Source of the DNA: an uncultured Chloroflexia bacterium
GTDB taxonomy: Bacteria > Chloroflexota > Chloroflexia > QHBQ01 > JADMIH01
Direction of reading: 5' to 3'
DNA length: 64,000 nucleotides
Assembly (NCBI GenBank): GCA_963797095.1
Contig: CAWCNY010000003.1
Span: 608,001 to 672,000, forward strand
Shown one piece after another: positions 19,948 through 29,376 of the stretch (positions within the stretch are counted from its first letter, which is position 1; each line of letters opens with the position of its first letter). The notes under the pieces are model-generated. The model had not been told where the DNA came from. It did not search any database and saw only the letters and a program-made list of their open reading frames with translations. Made by a program: the position numbers and the translations under genes.

Positions 19948-19968
19948 TGTCAGAATTGGCATCACTCG

Positions 19969-21405
19969 TCACTCACTACTCCCCCGCCGCCTGTTCACAC
20001 TCCGGGCCAGCTTGCCCAACGTGCTCGAATTCACCACGCGAAGCACAACGTCCCTTGCGCGCAGCCGGGCTTGCATCCCATGCGCCCACTCTTCCAGTTT
20101 CGCCATCGCCTGGTTCTTCTGATCGATCACGTTGCGCATATCGCCTATTTCGGCCAGCAGGTCGCTGATATACTTATCCCTTTGCTCAACTGCATGGCTC
20201 AAATTCCTAACTTCAGCCGATAGCAAAGCAACACTAGCGCCGGCATTCCCCGGCGTCCGCCCCATCTCCACCGCACGCTGCACCAGCTCATCTGGCCGCC
20301 TCGCCGCCCACTCCTCCACCTTGCGCCCCACAAGCGTTATATACTCCACTTCCTCCGGGAACGCATCCGCGAACAGGCTATAGATCCGCGCCAGCACCTG
20401 GCTCGAATAATGATAACTCTCCTCATCATACCCCGTCGACAGGTAGTAGATAAAAGTGAATTGGTCAAGCGCCACGTTGCGTACCTTACAGCTCTCCACC
20501 TCGAAGTTCTCCAGCAGCGCCTCTATCACCTCCTGGCTCCCCGCATCTTCCAGCCGCGAGTGCCCCGCCCTCGGCAACCCCTCCAGCGCCGCCGCATCCA
20601 GCGTCCGTACCCTCGGATACACCTCGGCCTGCGCCCACTCGTGCATCTTCCTCGCCACCGCCGCCAGCACCTGGTTGTTGCCTATATGCTCATCTACCGC
20701 TATCACACCCCCATCCCGCAGCCACCCCCGAATAACCCTCATCTCCTCCTTCAATCGCGGAACATGGTGCATCGAGTGCAACCCGAACACCGCATCGAAC
20801 CACCCCGGCTCGAACGACAAATATCCCACCGCCGCCCCCACGTACTCCACATACACCCCCTGCTCAATCGCATACCGCTTCGCCAGCCGCATATTGCCCG
20901 CGCTCGGATCGAAGCCCACCACCTGGTGCCCCCGCCGCGCAAGATAAAGGCTGCTCCAGCCCGTCCCGCACCCGATATCCAGCACCACCTCTGCGTCCCG
21001 TATCAGCGGATCATCGGCCAGAATAGAATGCGTCCCTGCGAGGTCGCGCCCATGAGAGGTCGAGGGGTCAGCCACCTCGATCCCCTCGTTGATCAATTGC
21101 GCCCTCGGAGCGCGCAGGTCGAAAAACCCCCGGTCCCCCCGGTCCCACATAAACCCGTACCACCTATCCCAGTAAGACGCTTCCTCCCTCAGCTCGTCCG
21201 GGAACAACTGCTCGAACGATGGCACATACTCCGTGATCGGATAAACCCGCCCGCATCTCGGACACACTATAGTGCCCTCTTTCACCTCTTCAACCGCGCC
21301 GGAGATGTATTCGACAACAGCGGTACCTGTGGCCGCCAATACCAACCCCCTGCTGTCGCAATCGCGCGCCGGGCAGCGTATTTTCTCTATCAGACTCGCT
21401 TTCAT
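19969..21405 (-). CDS. SAM-dependent methyltransferase with Trm112-like Cys N-terminus and C-terminal coiled coil
   Basis: CPARDC...CPRC, VLDIGCGTGW, FDAVF..SMHH, heptad-rich C-terminus. Start placed at ATG 21405 because the longer ORF overlaps the upstream gene. Confidence 0.85.
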   Translation of the reverse strand: MKASLIEKIRCPARDCDSRGLVLAATGTAVVEYISGAVEEVKEGTIVCPRCGRVYPITEYVPSFEQLFPDELREEASYWDRWYGFMWDRGDRGFFDLRAPRAQLINEGIEVADPSTSHGRDLAGTHSILADDPLIRDAEVVLDIGCGTGWSSLYLARRGHQVVGFDPSAGNMRLAKRYAIEQGVYVEYVGAAVGYLSFEPGWFDAVFGLHSMHHVPRLKEEMRVIRGWLRDGGVIAVDEHIGNNQVLAAVARKMHEWAQAEVYPRVRTLDAAALEGLPRAGHSRLEDAGSQEVIEALLENFEVESCKVRNVALDQFTFIYYLSTGYDEESYHYSSQVLARIYSLFADAFPEEVEYITLVGRKVEEWAARRPDELVQRAVEMGRTPGNAGASVALLSAEVRNLSHAVEQRDKYISDLLAEIGDMRNVIDQKNQAMAKLEEWAHGMQARLRARDVVLRVVNSSTLGKLARSVNRRRGSSE

Positions 21406-21436
21406 AATCGCATTCGTCTCTCGCCCTTCGTCCTCT

Positions 21437-23425
21437 TTATGGTTCGCAGCCTGGGAGGAAAGCGTTAGCCACGATCTTACTTGCCTGGCCGCGCGTGGCC
21501 GTGTTGCCCGGCCTGAAATATGGCCTGTTGAGCGGCTGCCTGCACGGTTCTCCGGCCCCGCCACACGCGTACCCTTGCATAATAGCACGGCTAGCCAACC
21601 GGTAGATGTACTGGTAGAAAGTAGATCCGGGCGCGACGTCCTCGAACTGCTGCGGGCCGGGCGTTTCGCCAAACCCTGCGGCCTCTGATACTATCTTCGA
21701 TATCTGCCCTCTCGTGACGCTGGCGTTCGGCCTGAAGTATGGCAGATTGAGCGGCGGCACACAAGGCTCTCCCGCCCCGCCGCAGGCATACCCACTAATA
21801 TACCCTTGAGAAGCAAGCCTGCCAACGAAATCGTAAAAAGTGGAGCCGGGAGGCAGGTCCTCAAAGCTCTGTGAAGCCACCGGGCCTGTCAAATTCGCGG
21901 CATTCGCAACCACCTTGGCAACCTGCCCGCGTGTCACTTCGTTCTGGGGCCGGAACGTGCCGTCGCTGTACCCTGAAATGATATCATGCCCCACCAGGCA
22001 CATCACATAAGGGTAGAACGTCGAGCCTTGTATCACGTCGCTGAAAAGCGACTTCCACTCAAGATAGACCGGATCGGAACCCACACTGACCAGACGAGCG
22101 CCCCCCGCACCCGGCTCCGTCGCCACCTCATGCCCGAACAGGTCCACAGCCCGCCGAAGGTCCGCCGCCTGCGAGGCCGGTATCGTCATGGTGGTTGTTC
22201 CCTCACTGTTATTCCACACTACCGACACCTGGCCGGTTCCATCGGCCGGCCTGAACCTGTAGCCCTCAAGCGCGCCAACCACCCCATCTGCCGCCCCTAA
22301 CCTGTACAGGTACGCCCCCGACCCCACCTCCTGGCTCAACGTCTGCATCGCCCCGTAAGAAGGCTTGGGGTTGTTATCCACTCGCAGCAGCCCCGAAAGC
22401 GCGAACACCTCCTGGCCGGGGTTCGGATTGGAGGTATCTCTGTCCGCGTACCACGTCACGGCACGTAACCCGCTCGCCGCCCCCTGCGCTATCATCTGCA
22501 CAACGTAGCGCGCCTGTAGCGCCTCGCTGCTCCCATACTCGGGATCGCTGGTCAAGCCGCTCTCGGTGACGATCAATGGCAGGTCCGCGCCGTGTGCGTC
22601 CATCTCGGCGCGCACATCGGCCGCCTTCAAGCCGATATTGGTCCACCCATGAGCGTTGTTCCTGTAGTAGTGGAACGCCAAAGCATCGAGATGCTCCGCC
22701 CCGCCGTGGTCCAGCACGCCCGGCAGGAAATCGGGGTTGAACGGACCGCCCTGGCTGAACCATACATCATAGGCCAACCCGCCCATCATCACCACCGACT
22801 GAGAATCGACCCCCTTGATCGCAGGGTAGGCCGCAGCGAGCATCTGCGCATACTTGTCGGGGTGCAGACCCCACCCGAGCTGCTGGTTCGGCACCCCAGC
22901 GCCGTCCGGCTCGTTCCAGAACTCATAGAAGTGCACATTGTACGGCGCGTGGCTGTAGCGTGCGGCAACCGCTCCCATGAACTCCCCGAAAGCGCTGTAT
23001 TTGCCGTCGTAGATCGGCCCATTAGGATCCCCGCACGCCCACGACGGGCACTCAGATACCAGCGCCAGCGGCGCTATCCCATACCCCGATAGGCTGCTGA
23101 AAAAGCTATCGTAATACGACCACGAGTAATTGGCGGGATCGGTATAGGCAGGCTCGATTTGTGACCACCGCAGTTGCACCCGCACAAACCCCACGCCCGA
23201 CTGCGCGTCCTCTTCCAATGCCTCGTTGATGTGCAACGCCTCCAAACCGAGACGAGGCATATTAGCCGGCCCATTAGGCTGGAGTCCCGAAGGACCGGCG
23301 CTTTCCTGGGCCTCCAGCCACCCAAAAGCCGATCCAACTGACCCCAAGCACAGCCCGGCAAACAGCCCGAAGCATACCAACAAAAACCATATTCCGCTCA
23401 ACCCACCACGAAAACGATCCTTCAT
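21437..23425 (-). CDS. Secreted clan GH-A-like glycoside hydrolase with C-terminal SLH domains
   Basis: Signal/TM segment, WNEPD (acid/base), FHYY, VTESG (nucleophile); three SLH-like repeats (FRP...TRGQ.SKIV). Confidence 0.85.
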   Translation of the reverse strand: MKDRFRGGLSGIWFLLVCFGLFAGLCLGSVGSAFGWLEAQESAGPSGLQPNGPANMPRLGLEALHINEALEEDAQSGVGFVRVQLRWSQIEPAYTDPANYSWSYYDSFFSSLSGYGIAPLALVSECPSWACGDPNGPIYDGKYSAFGEFMGAVAARYSHAPYNVHFYEFWNEPDGAGVPNQQLGWGLHPDKYAQMLAAAYPAIKGVDSQSVVMMGGLAYDVWFSQGGPFNPDFLPGVLDHGGAEHLDALAFHYYRNNAHGWTNIGLKAADVRAEMDAHGADLPLIVTESGLTSDPEYGSSEALQARYVVQMIAQGAASGLRAVTWYADRDTSNPNPGQEVFALSGLLRVDNNPKPSYGAMQTLSQEVGSGAYLYRLGAADGVVGALEGYRFRPADGTGQVSVVWNNSEGTTTMTIPASQAADLRRAVDLFGHEVATEPGAGGARLVSVGSDPVYLEWKSLFSDVIQGSTFYPYVMCLVGHDIISGYSDGTFRPQNEVTRGQVAKVVANAANLTGPVASQSFEDLPPGSTFYDFVGRLASQGYISGYACGGAGEPCVPPLNLPYFRPNASVTRGQISKIVSEAAGFGETPGPQQFEDVAPGSTFYQYIYRLASRAIMQGYACGGAGEPCRQPLNRPYFRPGNTATRGQASKIVANAFLPGCEP

Positions 23426-23466
23426 CGCCACTCGCTACTCGCCACTCGCCACTCATCACTCGCCAT
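23425..23466. repeat. Heptamer microsatellite (TCGCYAC-like) x6
   Basis: tcgccac tcgctac tcgccac tcgccac tcatcac tcgccat fills the gap between genes. Confidence 0.85.
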
Positions 23467-24335
23467 TAAACAAACAACGGCTCCATCCCAAGTTTCGACA
23501 ATCGTTCCTCCAAACCGCCAACCTCATCCTGCCCAATACGTTCATCGAACCTGCTGGCGGCGTCCAGCACCTTTGGAAGCAAATTCATATCGCCCACCGT
23601 ATCGAGGAAAATGCCAGGTCGTGCCAGCACCCACCACACGGCAGCATCAATATCGTCCTGCTCCTCCAACGGCTTATACCAGGTCGAGCGCGTGTGCTCC
23701 TGCCCCATCCACGGCTTGTACGCGATAGATTTGATCGTCTGCACCGCCCGGTTATCCTCCTGGCACTTCGCGACCAGGGCATTGAAATTGGTCGCGTAAT
23801 ACTCGTTCTGCATAGTGATGTAGTTGTAAGGCAGCAGCACCGAGTCGAAATCGAACCGCTCCAGGCTCCGACGATGTGCGGCGGCGATCTGCACTCCATG
23901 CCCTGTGATCCCGATCCCCCGGATCAACCCTTGCTGCCGGGCCTCCACCGCCGCCTCGATCACACCGCCGGGGCTGAGGGCCGTATCCCAATCTATCGGA
24001 TCGACCAGATTGTGGAACTGCCACAGGTCGACATGGTCGAGCCCCATCCGGTCCAGCGATCGATGCAACTCCTCTTTGGCGGCAGCGGCCTTGCGCTCTC
24101 CTGTTTTTGTCGCGACAAAAAAGTGCCCCGGTAGCCGCTTCAACCAGGGCGCTATCCGTAATTCCGCGTCACCGTAGCTTGCCGCCACGTCGATATGGTT
24201 GACCCCGTACTGCATCAGCACATCCAGCGTCCGGTCTGCATCATCCTGTGACACAGAGCTAAGTGAGGCCGCACCGAAGATCGTGCGGGTACTCACATGC
24301 CCAAGCCGTCCAAAAGGTAACATCGGAATAGCCAT
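23466..24335 (-). CDS. Aldo/keto reductase
   Basis: [34 protein letters not shown]; AAGGAGG RBS. Confidence 0.92.
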   Translation of the reverse strand: MAIPMLPFGRLGHVSTRTIFGAASLSSVSQDDADRTLDVLMQYGVNHIDVAASYGDAELRIAPWLKRLPGHFFVATKTGERKAAAAKEELHRSLDRMGLDHVDLWQFHNLVDPIDWDTALSPGGVIEAAVEARQQGLIRGIGITGHGVQIAAAHRRSLERFDFDSVLLPYNYITMQNEYYATNFNALVAKCQEDNRAVQTIKSIAYKPWMGQEHTRSTWYKPLEEQDDIDAAVWWVLARPGIFLDTVGDMNLLPKVLDAASRFDERIGQDEVGGLEERLSKLGMEPLFV

Positions 24336-24518
24336 TCAACTCCTCCTTTTCCAGGTCGCCGGACCTTCAAAATCGGTGATTCTGGCTAAAGTATACCACG
24401 TCTGCCGCCCCGCCCGGTCATGCCACCCGCCTCACTATTGTATAATTTCCTGCTGAACACTATGCTGACGAGAAAGCATTGAGCAACCAACCACTCTCGA
24501 ACCAGGAAGGCGTTTGCA

Positions 24519-25520
24519 TTGGCATCAAACGATTACGTGCTAGGACTGGACGGCGGCAATACCAAGACCATAGCCCTCGTAGCCGGGGCCGATGGCGGCG
24601 TCGTGGGCGTGGGCAGGGGCGGCTGCTCCGATATCTACACCTCACCCGATGTGCAGGTCCCCCTGGGTGAAGCCGAGAGCGCAATCTCAAGCGCCCTCAC
24701 GATGGCGGGCATAGAAGCCGCGCAATTGGCCGCCGGTGCTTTCAGCATGGCAGGGGCCGACTGGCCCGCTGATTTCGCCCTCATCCGAGCGGCTATGCAA
24801 CAGCGTGGCTACGGCAAACAGATCACAGTAGTCAACGATGCCGTTGGCGCGCTCCGCGCAGGCTCGCCCGGCGGCCCTGCGGCCGTGGCCGTATGCGGCA
24901 CCGGCGCGGCCACTGCCGCCCGCTCGGCGGAAGGCAAAATCTGGCACAGCAGTTGGTGGCAGGAAGCCCAGGGTGCGCACCAGTTAGGAGTAAGAACCCT
25001 CAATGCCGTCTATCGCGCCGAGCTTGGCATAACCCCACCCACTAAGCTGACCCCAGCCGTCCTCACATATTTCGATAAGCAGACCGTCGAAGAAGTGCTC
25101 TCCCTCTTTTACACGCGCGGCACCGCGCCTCCCCCCGCCGGAAGGGTGAGCAGTCTATCGAGGGTTCTTTTCGACGTGGCTTGCGACGGCGATACTACTG
25201 CCCGCCACATTGTGCAAGATCATGGCGCTGCTCTCGGTGACTATGTGCTCGCAGCCGCCAAACAGGTGGGCATCGAAAAACTGCCGTTCACCCTCGTCCT
25301 GGCGGGTGGGGTGCTCCGCCACTCTTCGCGTCTCTTGCCTGAGGCCCTGATCGCCCGCGTCCAATCTCAGTCACCATACGCTGTGCCCGTCTACAGCCTC
25401 TTCGAGCCCGCCGTGGGTGCACTTCTCCTGGCATTCGAAGCCGCAGGTATACCGGTTGGCGAGCCCCTGCTCACCTGCCTCACCGCCACCCTACCCGAAT
25501 CATCCCTGTTCGCCACCTGA
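24519..25520 (+). CDS. BadF/BadG/BcrA/BcrD ATPase family, N-acetylglucosamine kinase-like
   Basis: LGLDGGNTKT, SMAGADWP, VVNDA, VCGTG, LAGGV. Confidence 0.88.
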   Translation: MASNDYVLGLDGGNTKTIALVAGADGGVVGVGRGGCSDIYTSPDVQVPLGEAESAISSALTMAGIEAAQLAAGAFSMAGADWPADFALIRAAMQQRGYGKQITVVNDAVGALRAGSPGGPAAVAVCGTGAATAARSAEGKIWHSSWWQEAQGAHQLGVRTLNAVYRAELGITPPTKLTPAVLTYFDKQTVEEVLSLFYTRGTAPPPAGRVSSLSRVLFDVACDGDTTARHIVQDHGAALGDYVLAAAKQVGIEKLPFTLVLAGGVLRHSSRLLPEALIARVQSQSPYAVPVYSLFEPAVGALLLAFEAAGIPVGEPLLTCLTATLPESSLFAT

Positions 25521-25587
25521 GCGAAACGTAGCACGCAACACCTGAACGCTTACGCACTACTCCCCACTCGCTACTCGTCGCACACAT

Positions 25588-25679
25588 GGCAAGGCGCCAC
25601 TGGCTTGAGTCTCGAACCGGAAGGTTATAAGTATTGCTGGATAAACCCGGTTCGTAACTCGAAGCAGTGACGCCTTGCC
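25588..25679. other. Long imperfect inverted repeat (possible structured RNA or MITE)
   Basis: GGCAAGGCG/CGCCTTGCC, CACTG/CAGTG and CGAACCGG/CCGGTTCG stems around an AT-rich loop. Confidence 0.6.
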
Positions 25680-25936
25680 TTAAGATTAGCACTTCCGTGC
25701 CTTCGGCGCAATACCTCGAAATGGTGAACTGGAGCCATTCGAATTAGGTACTCACAAAGCCACAAGAGCTATAGACCGCTACAGTGCTCCCCGGTGGCCT
25801 GCTCTTAACCGATCCTTCATTTTGCTCTGGCCCATACTTAATCAGTCCCCACTATACTGGATAAAAGCACTGGTCCACAAAGATGCCAACCATAGAAAAA
25901 CAAAACATATAGAGACGAAGGCCCCAGGAGAAATAA

Positions 25937-26425
25937 ATGGCTCACAAAAATACAAAAAAGCACTCACCCGCAGGTGGCATCAAAGCCATAATCGCCACCG
26001 CATCGGTCGCAGCCACCCTCACCGGTTGGGCAATTCTCCCTTCCAGTGACACTCAAAATACCGGCAATACCGCCACCGAGTCTCAATCTCAGGTTCAAAC
26101 TATTGCTTCCAATTCAGTAAGCACAAACACAGAGGCCGCTACCGGCGTAGCAAGCACGCCCAGGCCCACCCCCACTCAAGCCACCATAGCAACGGCGACA
26201 CCAACTCACACTCCCATCCAGTTGCCAACCGAAACCCCCACCCAGGCCTACATTCAGGTACCCACCGAAGTAGCGACCGAAACCCCTACCGCAATCCCCA
26301 CAGAAACGCCTACCACCGAACCCACAGTCGCCCCGACAGAAACCCCTGTGCAGTCGCAGCAGCAAACACAATCAAGCTCCTCAACGCAGCCCCGGTCGGT
26401 TACAAACACCCGCTCGTCCAGGTAA
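25937..26425 (+). CDS. Membrane-anchored Pro/Thr-rich protein
   Basis: AGGAG RBS; N-terminal hydrophobic helix, PT/TEPT low-complexity linker, C-terminus TNTRSSR. Confidence 0.8.
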   Translation: MAHKNTKKHSPAGGIKAIIATASVAATLTGWAILPSSDTQNTGNTATESQSQVQTIASNSVSTNTEAATGVASTPRPTPTQATIATATPTHTPIQLPTETPTQAYIQVPTEVATETPTAIPTETPTTEPTVAPTETPVQSQQQTQSSSSTQPRSVTNTRSSR

Positions 26426-26470
26426 CGGCAGATCCTAGCGGGCCCCCAGGCAGGCGCGAAGCCCGAAAAT

Positions 26471-26515
26471 AACAAAGAGAGAACGGGCGGTGGGGCCGTC
26501 CATTCTCTCTTTGTT
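26471..26515. terminator. Probable bidirectional intrinsic terminator
   Basis: AACAAAGAGAGAA...TTCTCTCTTTGTT hairpin between convergent genes. Confidence 0.75.
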
Positions 26516-26531
26516 TGTAAACGGCAGGATC

Positions 26532-28529
26532 TTAGCGCCCAGCGCGCTGGCGTGACTGCGTTCGAAGCGTTTTGCACGTCACCGTGCAATTACGCCCCCG
26601 GCTCTTCGCTTCATACAGCGCTCTATCGGCAGCCTGAATAATATCTATCTCATTCTGCGCATCTTGCGGCAGCGAGGCCACTCCCGCGCTGATTGTTATC
26701 GGAATCAACACTTCTTGCTTGCGACCCCGTGTAATCTGCATAAATTTGAAAGGCTGGGTGGCAATAGCATTCCGCAAGCGCTCCGCTATCTCATACGCGG
26801 TCTCCGAATCTGCTCCGGGCAGGATCACGGCCAGTTCCTCTCCACCATACCTGGTGGCCTTATCCTCCACCCGCACCATCTCCTGCGTAAGCTTGGCGAT
26901 CCAGCGCAATACGTCGTCGCCAACCTGGTGGCCGTAACTATCGTTCACCGTCTTGAAGTGGTCGATATCGAGCAACACTAGAGCCGCAGGTATATTAGTT
27001 CGCTCGTACTGCTCTGCCTGTTCCCTCAGGATGCGCTGCATCTCCCTCCGGTTGTACAATCCCGTCAATCCATCGCGCATTGCCAGGTCGCGCAATACCG
27101 CCTCAGCACGCTTGCGATCCGTGATGTCGCGGGCCACCACACACAGAACCTCTCTCCCCCCATACATAATCGGGTTATCGCTCACCTCCACGGGCACTAT
27201 CGAGCCGCTCCTGCGCTTGTAGCGCCGCTCCGAGGACCAGTGTAACGTGCTGGTCGTACGATTGCCGGTGAGCAAGCCCGTTCGCCTGTCCGTATCAGGC
27301 TCCATCACATCCTCAAGCCTCACGCCTAATAGCTCCTCCTGGCTATACCCGAGCAAAGTCTGCGAGGCCGCGTTTGCATCCAGAAACCTTCCGGTCTGCG
27401 CGTCCACCAGGAAGATCGCATCCGTGGTCTGTTCGACTACCGCCCTGTACTTCTCCTCGCTCTCCTTTTGCTCTTCTCTCGAACGCTGTAGCGCCGATAA
27501 CATGCCATTGATAGAGGCACCCAGGCTCGACAGTTCGTCATTACCTCCTATCGCAACTCTGCCCGACATATCAGTGGTGGACTCTATCCTGCCCATATCG
27601 CTCCTGAGATGGGCCAACCTTGATAGCACCAACCTCTCCAGGAGCAGCACAATCACTCCCCCAAACACCAGGCCCGCCACGATCAGCGTAACCACGTAAT
27701 ACCGTATCGTCTGTTGCCCACGTGCATACATGTTTCGTGGCATCTCTACCTTCAGAACCAGCGCGGGCTTGTTATATACATCATTCAGCAGCTTGTACCC
27801 CACCATGGCGGTAGAACTGAGAGCCTTCAATGCCACCGGCGAAGCCTCTGTCAGCCCGGGGAGCACCTCCTTGAGATCTTCGGTCATCCCCGGATTATCA
27901 ACACTCTCCAGCGTAATACCCAGTAATGTCGCTTTGGCAAGATGCGCCATAGCGCCTTCGTCGAGGAACCGCCCGAAAATGAGGGTGCCCGCTACCGGGC
28001 TATCGCCTGCGCTGGTCAATATCGGTTCGGAGGCCAGCAGCATATCAGCCCCCGGCAACGACAGCAGACCTGTAATACTGCTGTTCGCATCTTTGTGGTC
28101 GAGAAGTGGGCTGCCCAGGTAAATCTGCTCCCTCAACCCGTCGGGAACAGGTATCGTCCTGCCGTTATGATAGTCGAAGGTCTTCACAACAACGATATTC
28201 GCGTTCGAGTCGATAAACATCATCAAATTGAGTTGATTGCCAACCATCGGCGTATCATTCGCCAGATTGGCATCAAAATAGCTCTCGTCGCGCCCTTCAA
28301 TGTAGTTGTAAGTATCGTCCCAGATAGACCAATCGCGAGTGGTGCCTTCCAGCAACTTCAGATTGTCATCCAGGGCGCTCTGTACTCGCTCTACGTTTTG
28401 CTGCATCTCCTGCTTTTCCTGGTCGGCAAAGCTCCCCAGCACGATAACCTGCGAGGCAAAATAGAGCGCTACTATAAGGGTCATAGTTGTTAAAGCAATG
28501 ACCCCCAATGTTCTTTTCTGCAATGTCAT
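26532..28529 (-). CDS. Diguanylate cyclase (CHASE4-HAMP-PAS-GGDEF)
   Basis: DWSIWDDTY (CHASE4), 2 TM, HAMP (GNDELSSL), PAS, DGLTGLYNRR, DIDHFK.VND.YGH, RVED I-site, RYGGEEL; start ATG 28529 with GGAG RBS. Confidence 0.93.
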   Translation of the reverse strand: MTLQKRTLGVIALTTMTLIVALYFASQVIVLGSFADQEKQEMQQNVERVQSALDDNLKLLEGTTRDWSIWDDTYNYIEGRDESYFDANLANDTPMVGNQLNLMMFIDSNANIVVVKTFDYHNGRTIPVPDGLREQIYLGSPLLDHKDANSSITGLLSLPGADMLLASEPILTSAGDSPVAGTLIFGRFLDEGAMAHLAKATLLGITLESVDNPGMTEDLKEVLPGLTEASPVALKALSSTAMVGYKLLNDVYNKPALVLKVEMPRNMYARGQQTIRYYVVTLIVAGLVFGGVIVLLLERLVLSRLAHLRSDMGRIESTTDMSGRVAIGGNDELSSLGASINGMLSALQRSREEQKESEEKYRAVVEQTTDAIFLVDAQTGRFLDANAASQTLLGYSQEELLGVRLEDVMEPDTDRRTGLLTGNRTTSTLHWSSERRYKRRSGSIVPVEVSDNPIMYGGREVLCVVARDITDRKRAEAVLRDLAMRDGLTGLYNRREMQRILREQAEQYERTNIPAALVLLDIDHFKTVNDSYGHQVGDDVLRWIAKLTQEMVRVEDKATRYGGEELAVILPGADSETAYEIAERLRNAIATQPFKFMQITRGRKQEVLIPITISAGVASLPQDAQNEIDIIQAADRALYEAKSRGRNCTVTCKTLRTQSRQRAGR

Positions 28530-28829
28530 CCGAATATCTCCGTTGCGATCCCCCGTCGGCGACGAAATATCACTATGAGGGCAAGAAACGAGGCCCTGCC
28601 CCAGGTACGCAATACGCCCGATACTAATACGATCATAGCAAGCCCCATAAGCTTTGTTTATGGCAAAGTAGTCCCGATTGAGCAACCAATAAGTACTACT
28701 AGCCCGCTAGCACCATAGCTGTATTTCCGCCTGCTCCAGCCATCTCCATACAGACAAAAAACCGCGAACTGAGGTACAATAGGGGGCTTGGACCCGATAG
28801 CGAAATTAGCCACCGGATAGGAGTGAACG

Positions 28830-29354
28830 ATGAACGTCCTGGAAGCCATCCGCAGGAAGCGCGCCGTGCGCAAATACAGGGACGAGCCGCTTCCACAAGA
28901 GGTGATCGAGCAAATTATCTATGCAGGCAGGCGTGCCCAGTCCTCAAAGAACTCCCAACCCTGGCACTTCATCGCCATCCAGGATCGCCAGACCCTTGCC
29001 GCCCTGGCACAGATGGGCGACTTCACCAGGCACCTCCCTCACGCCGCACTGGCGGTCGCCATCCTTACCCCCGACCCGGTCGCCTCCTACTGGGTGATGT
29101 TTGACGCAGGCCAGGCTGCTGCCTACATGCAACTGGCCGCCCTTGAGCTTGGCGTGGGTTCCTGCGTCACAACTCTGCATAGACCTGAGCCATCGCGGGA
29201 GCTACTCGGCTATCCCAACGATCTCTACCTGAAGATGCTCGTAGCCTTCGGCTACCCCGCCGATCCGGCCGACCTGGAGGCCCCACCGAGGCCGGGAGGC
29301 CGTCGCTCCGTGGATGACACCGTCCACTTCGAGCATTGGAACTCAAGGAAATAA
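28830..29354 (+). CDS. Nitroreductase family protein
   Basis: RAVRKY, AQSSKNSQPW, DAGQAA..MQLAA..LGVGSC, FGYP. Confidence 0.92.
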   Translation: MNVLEAIRRKRAVRKYRDEPLPQEVIEQIIYAGRRAQSSKNSQPWHFIAIQDRQTLAALAQMGDFTRHLPHAALAVAILTPDPVASYWVMFDAGQAAAYMQLAALELGVGSCVTTLHRPEPSRELLGYPNDLYLKMLVAFGYPADPADLEAPPRPGGRRSVDDTVHFEHWNSRK

Positions 29355-29376
29355 CCCATTTACCACCTGAGGAGAA

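Noticed and set aside
21406-21672. N-terminal extension of the 567-aa methyltransferase ORF
   Set aside because: Overlaps the SLH gene in another frame and crosses a microsatellite; ATG 21405 is more plausible.
25690-25800. c-di-GMP-I or glycine riboswitch
   Set aside because: Only fragments match (CCATTCGAA..CAAAGCC; minus-strand CGCCGAAGG). Core motifs are missing and there is no downstream gene on the minus strand.
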